Shown: one piece after another, positions 53,543 to 62,512 of the stretch
How the letters are laid out: each line of letters begins with the position of its first letter
Position numbering within the stretch: position 1 is the first letter of the stretch
Translations under genes and position numbers: made by a program
Notes under the pieces: generated by a model
Database searches by the model: none
The model's input: the letters and a program-made list of their open reading frames with translations, nothing else
Told to the model about the DNA's origin: nothing
Assembly: GCA_004553495.1 (NCBI GenBank)
Contig: SFLE01000009.1
Location: 33,616 to 97,615 of the forward strand
Origin: Clostridiales bacterium
GTDB lineage: Bacteria; Bacillota; Clostridia; Oscillospirales; Oscillospiraceae
Direction: 5' to 3'
Length of the DNA stretch: 64,000 bases

Positions 53543-55432
53543 TCAGTCCTTATATATCTTGAGCGAATTTGCGCTTGTCAGCATGAAAACGGCGGCATCG
53601 GCTGCAACGGCGGCTATAATGCCGATGCTTCCGCAGCCGGCGAGGATGAGCGCCGCAAGCTTTATGCCGATGCCGAGAACAGAGCCCAGCCGCGCCTTTG
53701 CAGCGGCGCTTTTGCATATGCCCATTGCCTGAGGCAGCTTCAATATGTCGTCGCTCATTATCAAAACTCCCGCCTTAGACGCGGCAGCCTGCGCGTTCAT
53801 AGCGCCCATGGCAACGCCCACATCCGCCTTTGCAAGCACCCGCGCATCGCTCACTGCGTCGCCGACGAAGGCGAGCTTTCCTGTGTGTTTTTCGCGCAGG
53901 AGCTCATCGAGCGCAACTACCTTGTCCTCCGGCAGAAGCTGCGTCATGACATCGCTGACGCCGAGCGCTCTGCCCACCGCGCGTCCGGTTCGGTCGGTAT
54001 CGCCGGTAAGGAGCACCGCCTTCTCGATGCCCAGCGCGTACAGCTCGCGCACGGCGTCCTTTGCGCCGTCTTTAACGCGGTCGTCGATTATGATATAGCC
54101 GTAGTATATGCCGCCGGCTGCGACATGGACCACCGAAAGGTGCCTGTCGGCATAGCGGCAGCTTATGCCGTTTGCGCGCATTAGCGCCTCGTTTCCGACG
54201 AGGACCTGTCTGCCGTATACCTTTGCCTCAACGCCGCGTCCGGGTATCTCGCGCATATCGCTTATGTGCTTTTCGTCCGGCAGAGTCGGACATGCGCGCC
54301 TGAGCGATACTGCTATCGGGTGCGTCGAGCCGTATTCGGCGGCAGCGGCGAGCATTATGAGATCTGCGCTGCTTATGCCGACGGGTTCGGCTCCTATAAC
54401 GGAGAAGCTGCCCTCGGTGACGGTGCCGGTCTTGTCCATGACGACGGTGGAGGCGGATGCAAGCGTTTCAAGCTCACGCTTGCCGCGCAGCATTATCCCG
54501 CATCCGGCAGCCCTGTGAAGCCCCGCAAGATAGCATGACGATACGCAGAACGCGGTGCCGGATATTGATGAAACGGCTATGAGAGTGAGCCCTCTGTGCG
54601 ACCATTCGAGCCAGTCGCCGGTTATTATGCCCGCCGTTATCACCATGATGAGCGCGATCACTATGATGATCGGCGTAAAAAGAGCAGAAATGCGCGAAAG
54701 CCGCTTTTCGCGGGCACCGTGGATGTGCGCGGAGCGCTCTATGACCTCGGCGGTCCTGACGAGGGTCGAGTTTCCGTAGAGCTGGGTCACGCGCACCTTC
54801 AGCGTACCACCGAGGTTTACGCAGCCTGATACTACGCTCACGCCCGCGCCGACCTCTATCGGCTCGCTGCCGCCGGTGTAAGCCGAGGCATCGACCGTGC
54901 CGCTGCCGTCGACTACAATGCCGTCGAGCGGTATGAGCTCGTTTTTCTCGACCGTTATCACCGTACCGGGGCGTATCCTTGCTGGATCGACCATGTTCAT
55001 CTTCCCGTCGAGCTCAACGCACGCGTATTTGGGGCGCAGGTGCTCAAGATACGGCATCTCACGGCGGTTTCTGCCGATGATAATGTGCTCGAAGGCACCC
55101 TCTATGCCGAATATGATAAGAACCGCAAACGCCTCTGTAAATTGTCCCATGCAGGAAATGCCTATACACGCGAGCAGCACCATGAGCTCGGAAGACAGCA
55201 GCTTTGAGTGCGCAAATCGCGCGGCTGCCGCCTTCACCGTAGGCATGGCTGCGACTATCGGGGGGATAAGGCTCAGCACCGTTTCCAGCCACGGCTTCAT
55301 ACTAAAGTGCCCTACAGCCGTCGAAACGCCGATAAACAGCGCAAGCGCTATGCCTAACGGCAGAAGTCTGCGCTCGAGCTCTATACGGCTGCGGTCACGC
55401 TTTTCATTGTTTTTTCGCATAAAAATCACCAT
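53543..55432 (-). CDS. P1B-like P-type ATPase lacking an N-terminal metal-binding domain and a canonical CPx motif
   Basis: DKTGTVTEG phosphorylation site, GSTHPIA (HP), LLTGD, VGDAVSDA hinge. The position expected for C-P-C/H/S in the TM helix before DKTGT reads VSSISGTAFCVSSC. Confidence 0.75.
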   Translation of the reverse strand: MVIFMRKNNEKRDRSRIELERRLLPLGIALALFIGVSTAVGHFSMKPWLETVLSLIPPIVAAMPTVKAAAARFAHSKLLSSELMVLLACIGISCMGQFTEAFAVLIIFGIEGAFEHIIIGRNRREMPYLEHLRPKYACVELDGKMNMVDPARIRPGTVITVEKNELIPLDGIVVDGSGTVDASAYTGGSEPIEVGAGVSVVSGCVNLGGTLKVRVTQLYGNSTLVRTAEVIERSAHIHGAREKRLSRISALFTPIIIVIALIMVITAGIITGDWLEWSHRGLTLIAVSSISGTAFCVSSCYLAGLHRAAGCGIMLRGKRELETLASASTVVMDKTGTVTEGSFSVIGAEPVGISSADLIMLAAAAEYGSTHPIAVSLRRACPTLPDEKHISDMREIPGRGVEAKVYGRQVLVGNEALMRANGISCRYADRHLSVVHVAAGGIYYGYIIIDDRVKDGAKDAVRELYALGIEKAVLLTGDTDRTGRAVGRALGVSDVMTQLLPEDKVVALDELLREKHTGKLAFVGDAVSDARVLAKADVGVAMGAMNAQAAASKAGVLIMSDDILKLPQAMGICKSAAAKARLGSVLGIGIKLAALILAGCGSIGIIAAVAADAAVFMLTSANSLKIYKD

Positions 55433-55570
55433 ATTAGATGATACACGCCTACAAAAAGATTGTCAAACCCGCATACTCATAATTTTAACAAAGTCCTTTA
55501 TTCCTTGACATAATAGATGTATAATGTTATCCTCTATATGTACTATGTACTAAAATCGGAGGTGCGGTCA

Positions 55571-56311
55571 GTGAGAGGCTCGATGCTCAAGGAAGTGCTT
55601 CAGGAGCAGGGGATCAGCATTAGCGAGCTTGCCCGAAGGCTGAATGTTTCGGCGCAAACGCTCTACAGCATGGTAAAGCGCGATAACCAGAAGGTCGATT
55701 TCGACATGATGATGCATATCTGCCAGCAGCTCGATGTTCCCGTCGAGCACTTTTGCGAGGATACCGCGCTGCCGAAAATGCCGGATCTGCGCGAGTGGCA
55801 GTTTATCGGCAAGTACCGCCGCCTGTCCGAGGGCAGCAAGCAGCTTGTCGATCTCGTCATGGAGCATGAGCTCGGGCGCGATGCAGCCGCTCCGGAAAAG
55901 AGCGACGATACGAAGATCATCCCGCTGTATGCCACTCCCGCCGCGGCGGGCTATGCGTCTCCGGCGTTCGGCGATGATTACGAGGATTACTCCGTGCCGT
56001 CGGGCAGTGCCGCAGATTTTGCCGTGCGCATCGACGGCGACAGCATGGAGCCTTATATACACGACGGCTCCGTTGCGCTGTGCAAGCGCGGCGAGATCAT
56101 TCACGACGGCGATGTCGGACTGTTTTTCGTTGACGGCGACATGAAGTGCAAGCAGTATTGCCAGGATTATTCGGGCAATGTGCACCTGTTTTCCGCCAAC
56201 CGCGACAGGAGCGATGCCGATGTGTTCATAAAAGCGAGCGCGGGGATAACGATAATGTGCTTCGGCAAGGTGCTGCTTGATAAGAGCATCCCGCTGCCGG
56301 AAAGCCGGTGA
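55571..56311 (+). CDS. XRE-family HTH plus S24 (LexA-like) peptidase-domain repressor
   Basis: HTH ISISELARRLNVSAQTLYSMVKR. S24 domain with IDGDSMEP (Ser) and GDMKCKQY (Lys). A GTG start at 55571 is preferred (GGAGG 8 nt upstream); the alternative is ATG 55583. Confidence 0.8.
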   Translation: MRGSMLKEVLQEQGISISELARRLNVSAQTLYSMVKRDNQKVDFDMMMHICQQLDVPVEHFCEDTALPKMPDLREWQFIGKYRRLSEGSKQLVDLVMEHELGRDAAAPEKSDDTKIIPLYATPAAAGYASPAFGDDYEDYSVPSGSAADFAVRIDGDSMEPYIHDGSVALCKRGEIIHDGDVGLFFVDGDMKCKQYCQDYSGNVHLFSANRDRSDADVFIKASAGITIMCFGKVLLDKSIPLPESR

Positions 56312-56901
56312 ATGTAATGGTGTATGAAAACAAGCTCCCGCGAGACTACGAGCAGACCCAGACCGTTAAGGCGGACATTAAGCTTTACGCCGCATCGGGC
56401 GCTGTACTGGCGATAGCCCTCGTGCTGGGATGCGTTATAAAGGGCGTTGACCAGCTGCTTAACGCCTCAGGCGTTTTTACCCTTGCCCTCAAGCTTTTGC
56501 TCACCGCTGCCATAGCGGTGCTGAGCCTTTTTGCGCAGGAGTATATAAAATGCGTCGCTATCGGCAAGGTCACCGGAAAGCCCGCGCGCGTAGTGCGCGA
56601 AAAGGGCACGGCGTATGTCGAGTACCGGTGCTGGCTCGATAAGAGGGCGTTTATGATAATAAGCTTTGCACCGGCTGCGGCGATATGCCTTATATCGCTT
56701 ATTTTGGCATTCATCCTGGCGGATAAACTGTTCTGGCAGGCGTATCTGGTGTTTGCGCTCAATTTTGCCGGTATGACCGGAGACGGGTACACGGCGATCG
56801 TCCTTGCCAAACTCACCGGCGGGGTCAGAATTAAAAACGAGGGACTTGATACCCTTATTGCAACGGAGAAACAGTATGCAGATCAGCGAACAGATCCTTA
56901 A
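56308..56901 (+). CDS. Membrane protein of unknown function (4-5 TM helices), translationally coupled to the LexA-like gene
   Basis: Start/stop overlap with the upstream gene (GTGA; alternative ATG 56317). Hydrophobic segments AVLAIALVLGCVI, LLLTAAIAVLSLF, FMIISFAPAAAICLISLILAFIL, AYLVFALNFAGM. Confidence 0.55.
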   Translation: MNVMVYENKLPRDYEQTQTVKADIKLYAASGAVLAIALVLGCVIKGVDQLLNASGVFTLALKLLLTAAIAVLSLFAQEYIKCVAIGKVTGKPARVVREKGTAYVEYRCWLDKRAFMIISFAPAAAICLISLILAFILADKLFWQAYLVFALNFAGMTGDGYTAIVLAKLTGGVRIKNEGLDTLIATEKQYADQRTDP

Positions 56902-58033
56902 CATGAAAGACGACTGCGTGAAGATCCGCCGCGAGCTTCACCGCATACCCGAGATAGGCTTTGACCTTCACAAAACGCACGAATACATAAAGCCGCTTAT
57001 TGAGCAGTGCAAGCCGGACGAGCTCATAACCATTGCAGAGACCGGCTTCAAGGTCGTGTTTTATGCGCAGGGAGCTCAGCGCACCATCGCGTTTCGCGCG
57101 GATATGGACGGCATGAAAAACACGGAGGAGAACCGCTTCCGCTTCCGCTCGCGCACCCGCGGCGTTATGCACGGCTGCGGTCACGACGGGCACATGACGA
57201 TACTGCTCATGCTCGCAAAATGGGTGTCGCAGAACCGCGATAAGCTCAAGTGTAATGTCGTTCTGCTGTTCCAGCCGGGCGAAGAGGGCTGGGCAGGCGC
57301 AAGGCGCATGATAAACGAGGGCGCGCTCGTAAACCCCAAAGTAGACCGCATTTACGGTCTGCACCTGTGGCCGACGGTGCCCAAGGGCAAGATCGGCATC
57401 CGCTGGGAAAACCTCATGGCGCAGACGAGCGATTTCGTTATAAAGATCCACGGCAAAAGCGCCCATGCCTCAACGCCCCAGATGGGAGTTGACGCCATAG
57501 TCGTCGCAGCCGAGCTCATAACGATGATACAGTCCGTTATAACGCGCGATGTTGACCCGCACCAGGATGCGCTGCTCACGCTCGGCAAGATAAACGGCGG
57601 CACGGCGCACAATGTCATAGCCGAGGAGGTCACCATGAGCGGCACTCTACGCGTTTTCAGCAACGAGCTGTATGACCGGCTTATGACGCAGATAATCTCG
57701 CTGCTCAAAGGTCTTGAGCTTGCAACGGGTGCGGGCATATCCATGGAAACGGTCGTGCACTATCCGTATGTTGCAAACCCGCGCGAGATGGTCGAGAAGT
57801 TTTACACGGTGCTCGATTCGATGGACGATGTTGTTCTCGTTGAGCCCGTTATGGCGGCGGAGGACTTCGCCGAGTATCAGCAGGAGGTAGACGGTATGTT
57901 CATGTTCCTCGGCATAAACGGAGGAAGGGGCGGCGCGCCGCTGCACAGCAGCCGCTTTGATTTCGATGAGGATGCGCTCCTCGTCGGCGCCGAGGCATTT
58001 AAAAGAATATTGGAGTGTGAGAATTATGCATGA
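56876..58033 (+). CDS. M20-family amidohydrolase (N-acyl-L-amino-acid amidohydrolase-like)
   Basis: Start at ATG 56876 (RBS GGAGA). LHRIPE, MHGCGHDGH metal site, QPGEEG, HASTPQ. Confidence 0.88.
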   Translation: MQISEQILNMKDDCVKIRRELHRIPEIGFDLHKTHEYIKPLIEQCKPDELITIAETGFKVVFYAQGAQRTIAFRADMDGMKNTEENRFRFRSRTRGVMHGCGHDGHMTILLMLAKWVSQNRDKLKCNVVLLFQPGEEGWAGARRMINEGALVNPKVDRIYGLHLWPTVPKGKIGIRWENLMAQTSDFVIKIHGKSAHASTPQMGVDAIVVAAELITMIQSVITRDVDPHQDALLTLGKINGGTAHNVIAEEVTMSGTLRVFSNELYDRLMTQIISLLKGLELATGAGISMETVVHYPYVANPREMVEKFYTVLDSMDDVVLVEPVMAAEDFAEYQQEVDGMFMFLGINGGRGGAPLHSSRFDFDEDALLVGAEAFKRILECENYA

Positions 58034-58721
58034 TGAAGTATCGATTGAAAAGAAAATGCCAAACAGAGTAGATGGTACGCTGCGTAAGTTTGCGCTTCGG
58101 GTGCCGGAGTGCATTTACAAGTGCAGCGGTATAATAGTGTTCGGCAAGCGCATCAAATCGCTCGTGTTTTCCACAGATCTGAGCATTATCAGAAATGTAA
58201 ACGCGGATGCGATAATGGCGGTGTACCCGTTCACGCCGCAGCCGGTCATCACTCAGGCGCTGCTGACAGCGGCGGATATTCCGGTTTTCTCCGGCGTCGG
58301 CGGCGGACTCACGCAGGGGCAGAGGGCTATAAACCTTGCCATGTTTGCCGAGATGCAGGGCGCTACCGGCGTTGTGCTCAACGACCCGACCTCGAACGAG
58401 GTGCTCTCGCTTGTGCGCCACACGGTGGATATTCCGGTCGTTATCACCATCGCGCGCAAGGATGTTGACATTGAGGAGCGTCTTGCAGCGGGCGCGGATA
58501 TATTCAATGTCTCCGCAGCGGGCGATACGCCGGCAGTCGTGCGCAGGATAAAGGAAACTCATCCGGATGTGCCGGTAATCGCTACCGGAGGCCCCACGGA
58601 GGAGAGCATAATGCAGACCATCGCGGCCGGTGCAAACGCCATCACATGGACCCCGCCCTCCAACGGCGAGGTGTTCCGCGACATCATGGCAGCCTACAGA
58701 GAGGGTAAGCCCCATCCCTGA
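58026..58721 (+). CDS. Conserved hypothetical protein, possibly a (beta/alpha)-barrel phosphate-binding fold
   Basis: Start at ATG 58026 overlaps the M20 stop by 8 nt. Alternating beta/alpha texture with SGVGGG and IATGGP glycine loops. No family recognised; the confidence refers to coding status, not function. Confidence 0.5.
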   Translation: MHDEVSIEKKMPNRVDGTLRKFALRVPECIYKCSGIIVFGKRIKSLVFSTDLSIIRNVNADAIMAVYPFTPQPVITQALLTAADIPVFSGVGGGLTQGQRAINLAMFAEMQGATGVVLNDPTSNEVLSLVRHTVDIPVVITIARKDVDIEERLAAGADIFNVSAAGDTPAVVRRIKETHPDVPVIATGGPTEESIMQTIAAGANAITWTPPSNGEVFRDIMAAYREGKPHP

Positions 58722-58731
58722 TACATAATAA

Positions 58732-58764
58732 AAAACTCCCGAAACCGTCGTTTCGGGAGTTTTA
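58732..58764. terminator. Bidirectional terminator
   Basis: AAAACTCCCGAAA-CCGTCG-TTTCGGGAGTTTT. Confidence 0.85.
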
Positions 58765-58779
58765 ATATTTATCGGATGA

Positions 58780-60024
58780 TCATGCGTTTGCGGAGTAGGT
58801 GAAGCTCACTCCGGGGTAACGCGTCTGCGGGTCGATCCTCGAGCCGTTTACATACATCTCGAAGTGCAGATGAGGACCGGTGGACATGCCGGTAGAGCCG
58901 ACATAGCCGATGGTCTGACCGCGGGAGACCGTCTGACCGACGGACACTGCGCGCGAGGACATATGAGCATAAAGCGTCTGCATTCCGTTGCCGTGGTCTA
59001 TCATTACATAGTTGCCCCAGCCGCCGTTCCAGCCGTCTGCCGAGCGCACGACCGTGCCGGAGTCGGCTGCGTAGATCGCGCTGCCGTAGCTTGCGCCGAT
59101 GTCGGTGCCGCCGTGGTTTTTATACTCGCCCGTTACGGGGTGGGTGCGCGGACCCTGACGGCTCGTTATGTAGGTGCAGTAGCTCGGCCATACGAGATTG
59201 CCGGTGCCGATGGTGCTTCCGCCGCCCGGATTGGGCTGAGGCTTATTCTGCTCCTGCTGGCGGTTGAGCTCATTTACCTTGTTCTGAATGTCGGCATTGA
59301 GCTGCTTTTCCTGCTCGGTGAGCTGGCTGAGAACGCCGGACTTGGCGTTTATATCGCTCTGGAGGGATGCGATCACGGCGGTGGCCTCCTGAATGTCGGC
59401 CTCCTGCTGAACCTTCAGATCCTCGAGCTCTGCCTTGGTATCCTCCATCTCGGTCTTGGCTTCCTCATACTCTTCCTTTACGGCCTTGAGGTCGGTGACC
59501 GACTGGCGGTAGGAGTTTTCAAGCTCCTTGTCGCTTCTCATAATATCGCCGATGTCGTCTATAAGGCTTAGGAACTCGCCGATGCTGTTGGCTCCGAAAA
59601 GAACCTCAAAGTAGTTGTACCTTCCGGCTTCCTCCATCGCGCGAACGCGGACCTTGTATTTTTCAAGCTGCTCGTCGGCGGTTTTCTGAGCTTCCTCGAC
59701 CTCTTCGGTCTTCTGCTCGATAAGCTGGGTGTGCAGTTCTATCTGCTCGTTGAGGTTGAGTATCTGCTTAACGGTGATGGCATTTTTCTCGTCCAGCGCA
59801 TTTTTGAGCGATATAAGGTCGCCCTGCTGACCTTGCAGAGAATTGATGGTCGACTGGACCTGATTCTTCTGGCTGGAAAGCTGCGATTTCTGAGACCTGA
59901 GAGAATCGATCTCAGACTGCGTTACGGCAAACGCCGAAACACTCATCATCGAGAACATGACGCTCATCGTCATTACCAGAGCCATCGCAAAAGCAAAAAA
60001 CTTTTTGAATTTTTTCTTCATCAT
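58780..60024 (-). CDS. M23-family peptidoglycan metalloendopeptidase with an N-terminal coiled coil (EnvC-like)
   Basis: Signal/TM anchor, long coiled coil, then HGGTDIGA...DHGNG..TLYAHMS...GSTGMSTGPHLHFE. Start at ATG 60022-60024 (GGAG 6 nt upstream); the ORF-track start is a TTG 12 nt further up. Confidence 0.9.
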   Translation of the reverse strand: MMKKKFKKFFAFAMALVMTMSVMFSMMSVSAFAVTQSEIDSLRSQKSQLSSQKNQVQSTINSLQGQQGDLISLKNALDEKNAITVKQILNLNEQIELHTQLIEQKTEEVEEAQKTADEQLEKYKVRVRAMEEAGRYNYFEVLFGANSIGEFLSLIDDIGDIMRSDKELENSYRQSVTDLKAVKEEYEEAKTEMEDTKAELEDLKVQQEADIQEATAVIASLQSDINAKSGVLSQLTEQEKQLNADIQNKVNELNRQQEQNKPQPNPGGGSTIGTGNLVWPSYCTYITSRQGPRTHPVTGEYKNHGGTDIGASYGSAIYAADSGTVVRSADGWNGGWGNYVMIDHGNGMQTLYAHMSSRAVSVGQTVSRGQTIGYVGSTGMSTGPHLHFEMYVNGSRIDPQTRYPGVSFTYSANA

Positions 60025-60168
60025 ATTGATCTCCAATCTGTGGGTACTGACTCGTTACCATAATATTATACACCCACTGTCAAGCAAGGGGTAAGCTTCG
60101 TATTGCGAACAAGTGCCATTATGCCACAAAACGCCCTCGTCTTTGTTAATAAAGTATTATTAAACTGT

Positions 60169-60201
60169 AAAAACCCCTTCCGGAGCAAGTCCGGAAGGGG
60201 T
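60169..60201 (-). terminator. Terminator downstream of the disrupted pyrophosphatase gene
   Basis: CCCCTTCCGG-ACTTGCT-CCGGAAGGGG followed by TTTTT on the minus strand. Confidence 0.85.
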
Positions 60202-60216
60202 CAAATACTTTATTTC

Positions 60217-62103
60217 TCAGAGCAGACCAGCCAGACCGGTCGCGGTGAAGATACCTGCGAAAACGGTGGAAACAACGGTCATGAGCTTGATGAGGATGTT
60301 GATGGACGGACCGGAGGTATCCTTGAACGGATCGCCGACGGTGTCGCCGACAACGGCTGCCTTGTGAGCATCGGAGCCCTTGCCGCCGTGGTGGCCTTCC
60401 TCGATGTACTTCTTTGCGTTATCCCATGCGCCGCCGGCGTTGGACATGAACATTGCCATCATAACACCGGAAACGACCGACTGCCAGAGGAGCAACGACT
60501 GCCATAATGCCGGGAACGAGCATCTCTTTAAGAGCTGCGGTGGTGGAGATGGCAACGCAGGTCTTGTAGTCGGGCTTTGCGGTGCCTTCCATAACGCCGG
60601 GGATCTCACGGAACTGACGGCGAACCTCTTCGATCATGCTGTACGCTGCCTTGGAAACGGAGTCCATGGTCATTGCGGAGAACACGAACGGGAGCATGCC
60701 GCCGATGAGCAGACCGATAACGACGGTGGGGCTGGTCAGAGCGACCTGATCTGCGGTCAGACCGGTTGCCTGAGTGAAGGATACGAACAGAGCCAGTGCG
60801 GTAAGAGCAGCAGAGCCGATAGCGAAGCCCTTGCCCATTGCTGCGGTGGTGTTGCCGACTGCGTCGAGCTTGTCGGTGATCTCGCGCACGGAGTGGTCAA
60901 GACCGCTCATCTCGGCGATGCCGCCGGCGTTATCGGCGATAGGACCGTATGCGTCGACCGCAACGGTGATACCGGTGGTGGAGAGCATGCCGACTGCGGC
61001 AAGTGCGATACCGTAAAGACCTGCAAACTGATATGCAAGGAAGATGCCGACGCAGATGAGGATAACGGGTACCCAGGTGGACATCATGCCGACTGCGGTG
61101 CCGGAGATGATGGTGGTAGCAGAGCCCGTCTCGGACTGCTGAGCGATCTTCTTAACGAACTTGGACCATAGCTGTTAAGCATGACCTTGCTGAGGATGAC
61201 GGATGCGATAACAACGAGAAGGGCGGAAACATAGGAGCCCATCTTGAGTGCCTTGTGGGGGGTTGCACCCTCTTTGCCGCGAACGAAGAAGGTTGCGATA
61301 ACGGATGCGAGGATACCGCATGCTGCGATAACGAGCGGGAAGATAACGGACAGATCGCCGAACTTTGCAACGACGACTGCGCCGAGGGTCATTGCGGAGA
61401 TGATAGCGCCGACATAGCTCTCGAAGAGGTCTGCGCCCATACCTGCGACATCGCCGACATTGTCGCCGACATTATCAGCGATAACAGCGGGGTTGCGGGG
61501 GTCGTCCTCGGGGATGCCTGCCTCGACCTTGCCGACGAGGTCGGCGCCGACATCGGCTGCCTTGGTGTAGATACCGCCGCCGACACGGGCAAACAGAGCG
61601 ATGGAGCTTGCGCCGAGGGAGAAGCCGAACAGAACATTGGTGTCCTCAAAAATGAGGTAGAGGACGGATGCGCCCAGAAGACCGAGACCGACAACGCACA
61701 TGCCCATGACAGAGCCGCCGGAGAATGCGATCGACAGAGCCTTGTTCATGCCGCTGGTGCGCGCCGCATTAGCGGTGCGGACATTAGCCTTGGTAGCTAC
61801 ATTCATGCCTATGTAGCCGGCGAAGATGGAAAACAGCGCGCCGAACAGGAAGCACAGTGCGGTGATCCAGCTGCCGAGGCCGAGGCCGATGGCTACAAAC
61901 AGGACTGCTACGAAGATCGCAAGGATCTTGTACTCGGCAAAAAGGAACGCTTTTGCGCCGTCATTGATCGCGGCAGCGATCTCCTTCATGCGCTCGGTAC
62001 CCGCGTCCTGCTTGGAGACGAATGCTATCTTGTAGAAAGCAAACAGCAGAGCGACAACAGCCAGAGCGGGTGCCAGGAATTTAAGGGATTCCATAAATTT
62101 CAC
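60217..62103 (-). pseudogene. hppA: Membrane-bound proton/sodium-translocating pyrophosphatase, disrupted by two frame-shifting internal deletions
   Basis: Three consecutive minus-strand ORFs in different frames together cover an M-PPase. The N-part has [20 protein letters not shown] and DNVGDNVGD. The middle has [26 protein letters not shown] and [16 protein letters not shown]. The C-part has [16 protein letters not shown] and [17 protein letters not shown]. The TEYYTS segment is missing at the junction near 61163-61172, and ~16 aa are missing at the junction near 60474-60482. Confidence 0.75.
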
Positions 62104-62512
62104 TCCTATATAAAATTATTTACACATACACGAGCGTTTAACTATGTGTTAACAACTCGTTTATGTATTTTATACTATTAAAGGCAAAAAATCAATTTTT
62201 AAATGCGCCCATTTCGTTCAAATTCAACAAATTTATCAATTTTTACGAAAGATGGTGAAATTAAGCGCTCAAGGTGTGCAAAACACACAAAAATGCATTG
62301 AAGCAGGTCAAAACATTGACATTTTAATAACAAAGATAGCCGAAATTTAGACAATCTTAACGCCAAATGCGAAAAAGTTGATTTTTCTCCGTCATAAAAC
62401 TGCACGAATTAAAAATTATTAAAATGTTCAAAAAATTCGTATTGGAAAATCCGCAACTCGTGATAGAATATAAAAATATAATTATTATTTAAATGTGCAG
62501 AGGGGATAACAG

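Noticed and set aside
55505-55525. TTGACA and TATAAT upstream of the LexA-like gene as a consensus promoter
   Set aside because: The two hexamers are only 9 nt apart, so they cannot form one promoter. Each has only a weak partner at proper spacing.
62199-62405. 68-aa minus-strand ORF in the AT-rich spacer
   Set aside because: It has no RBS and lies within a promoter-rich, AT-rich region. Its composition (Phe/Leu/Lys/Cys) is what AT-rich non-coding DNA yields.
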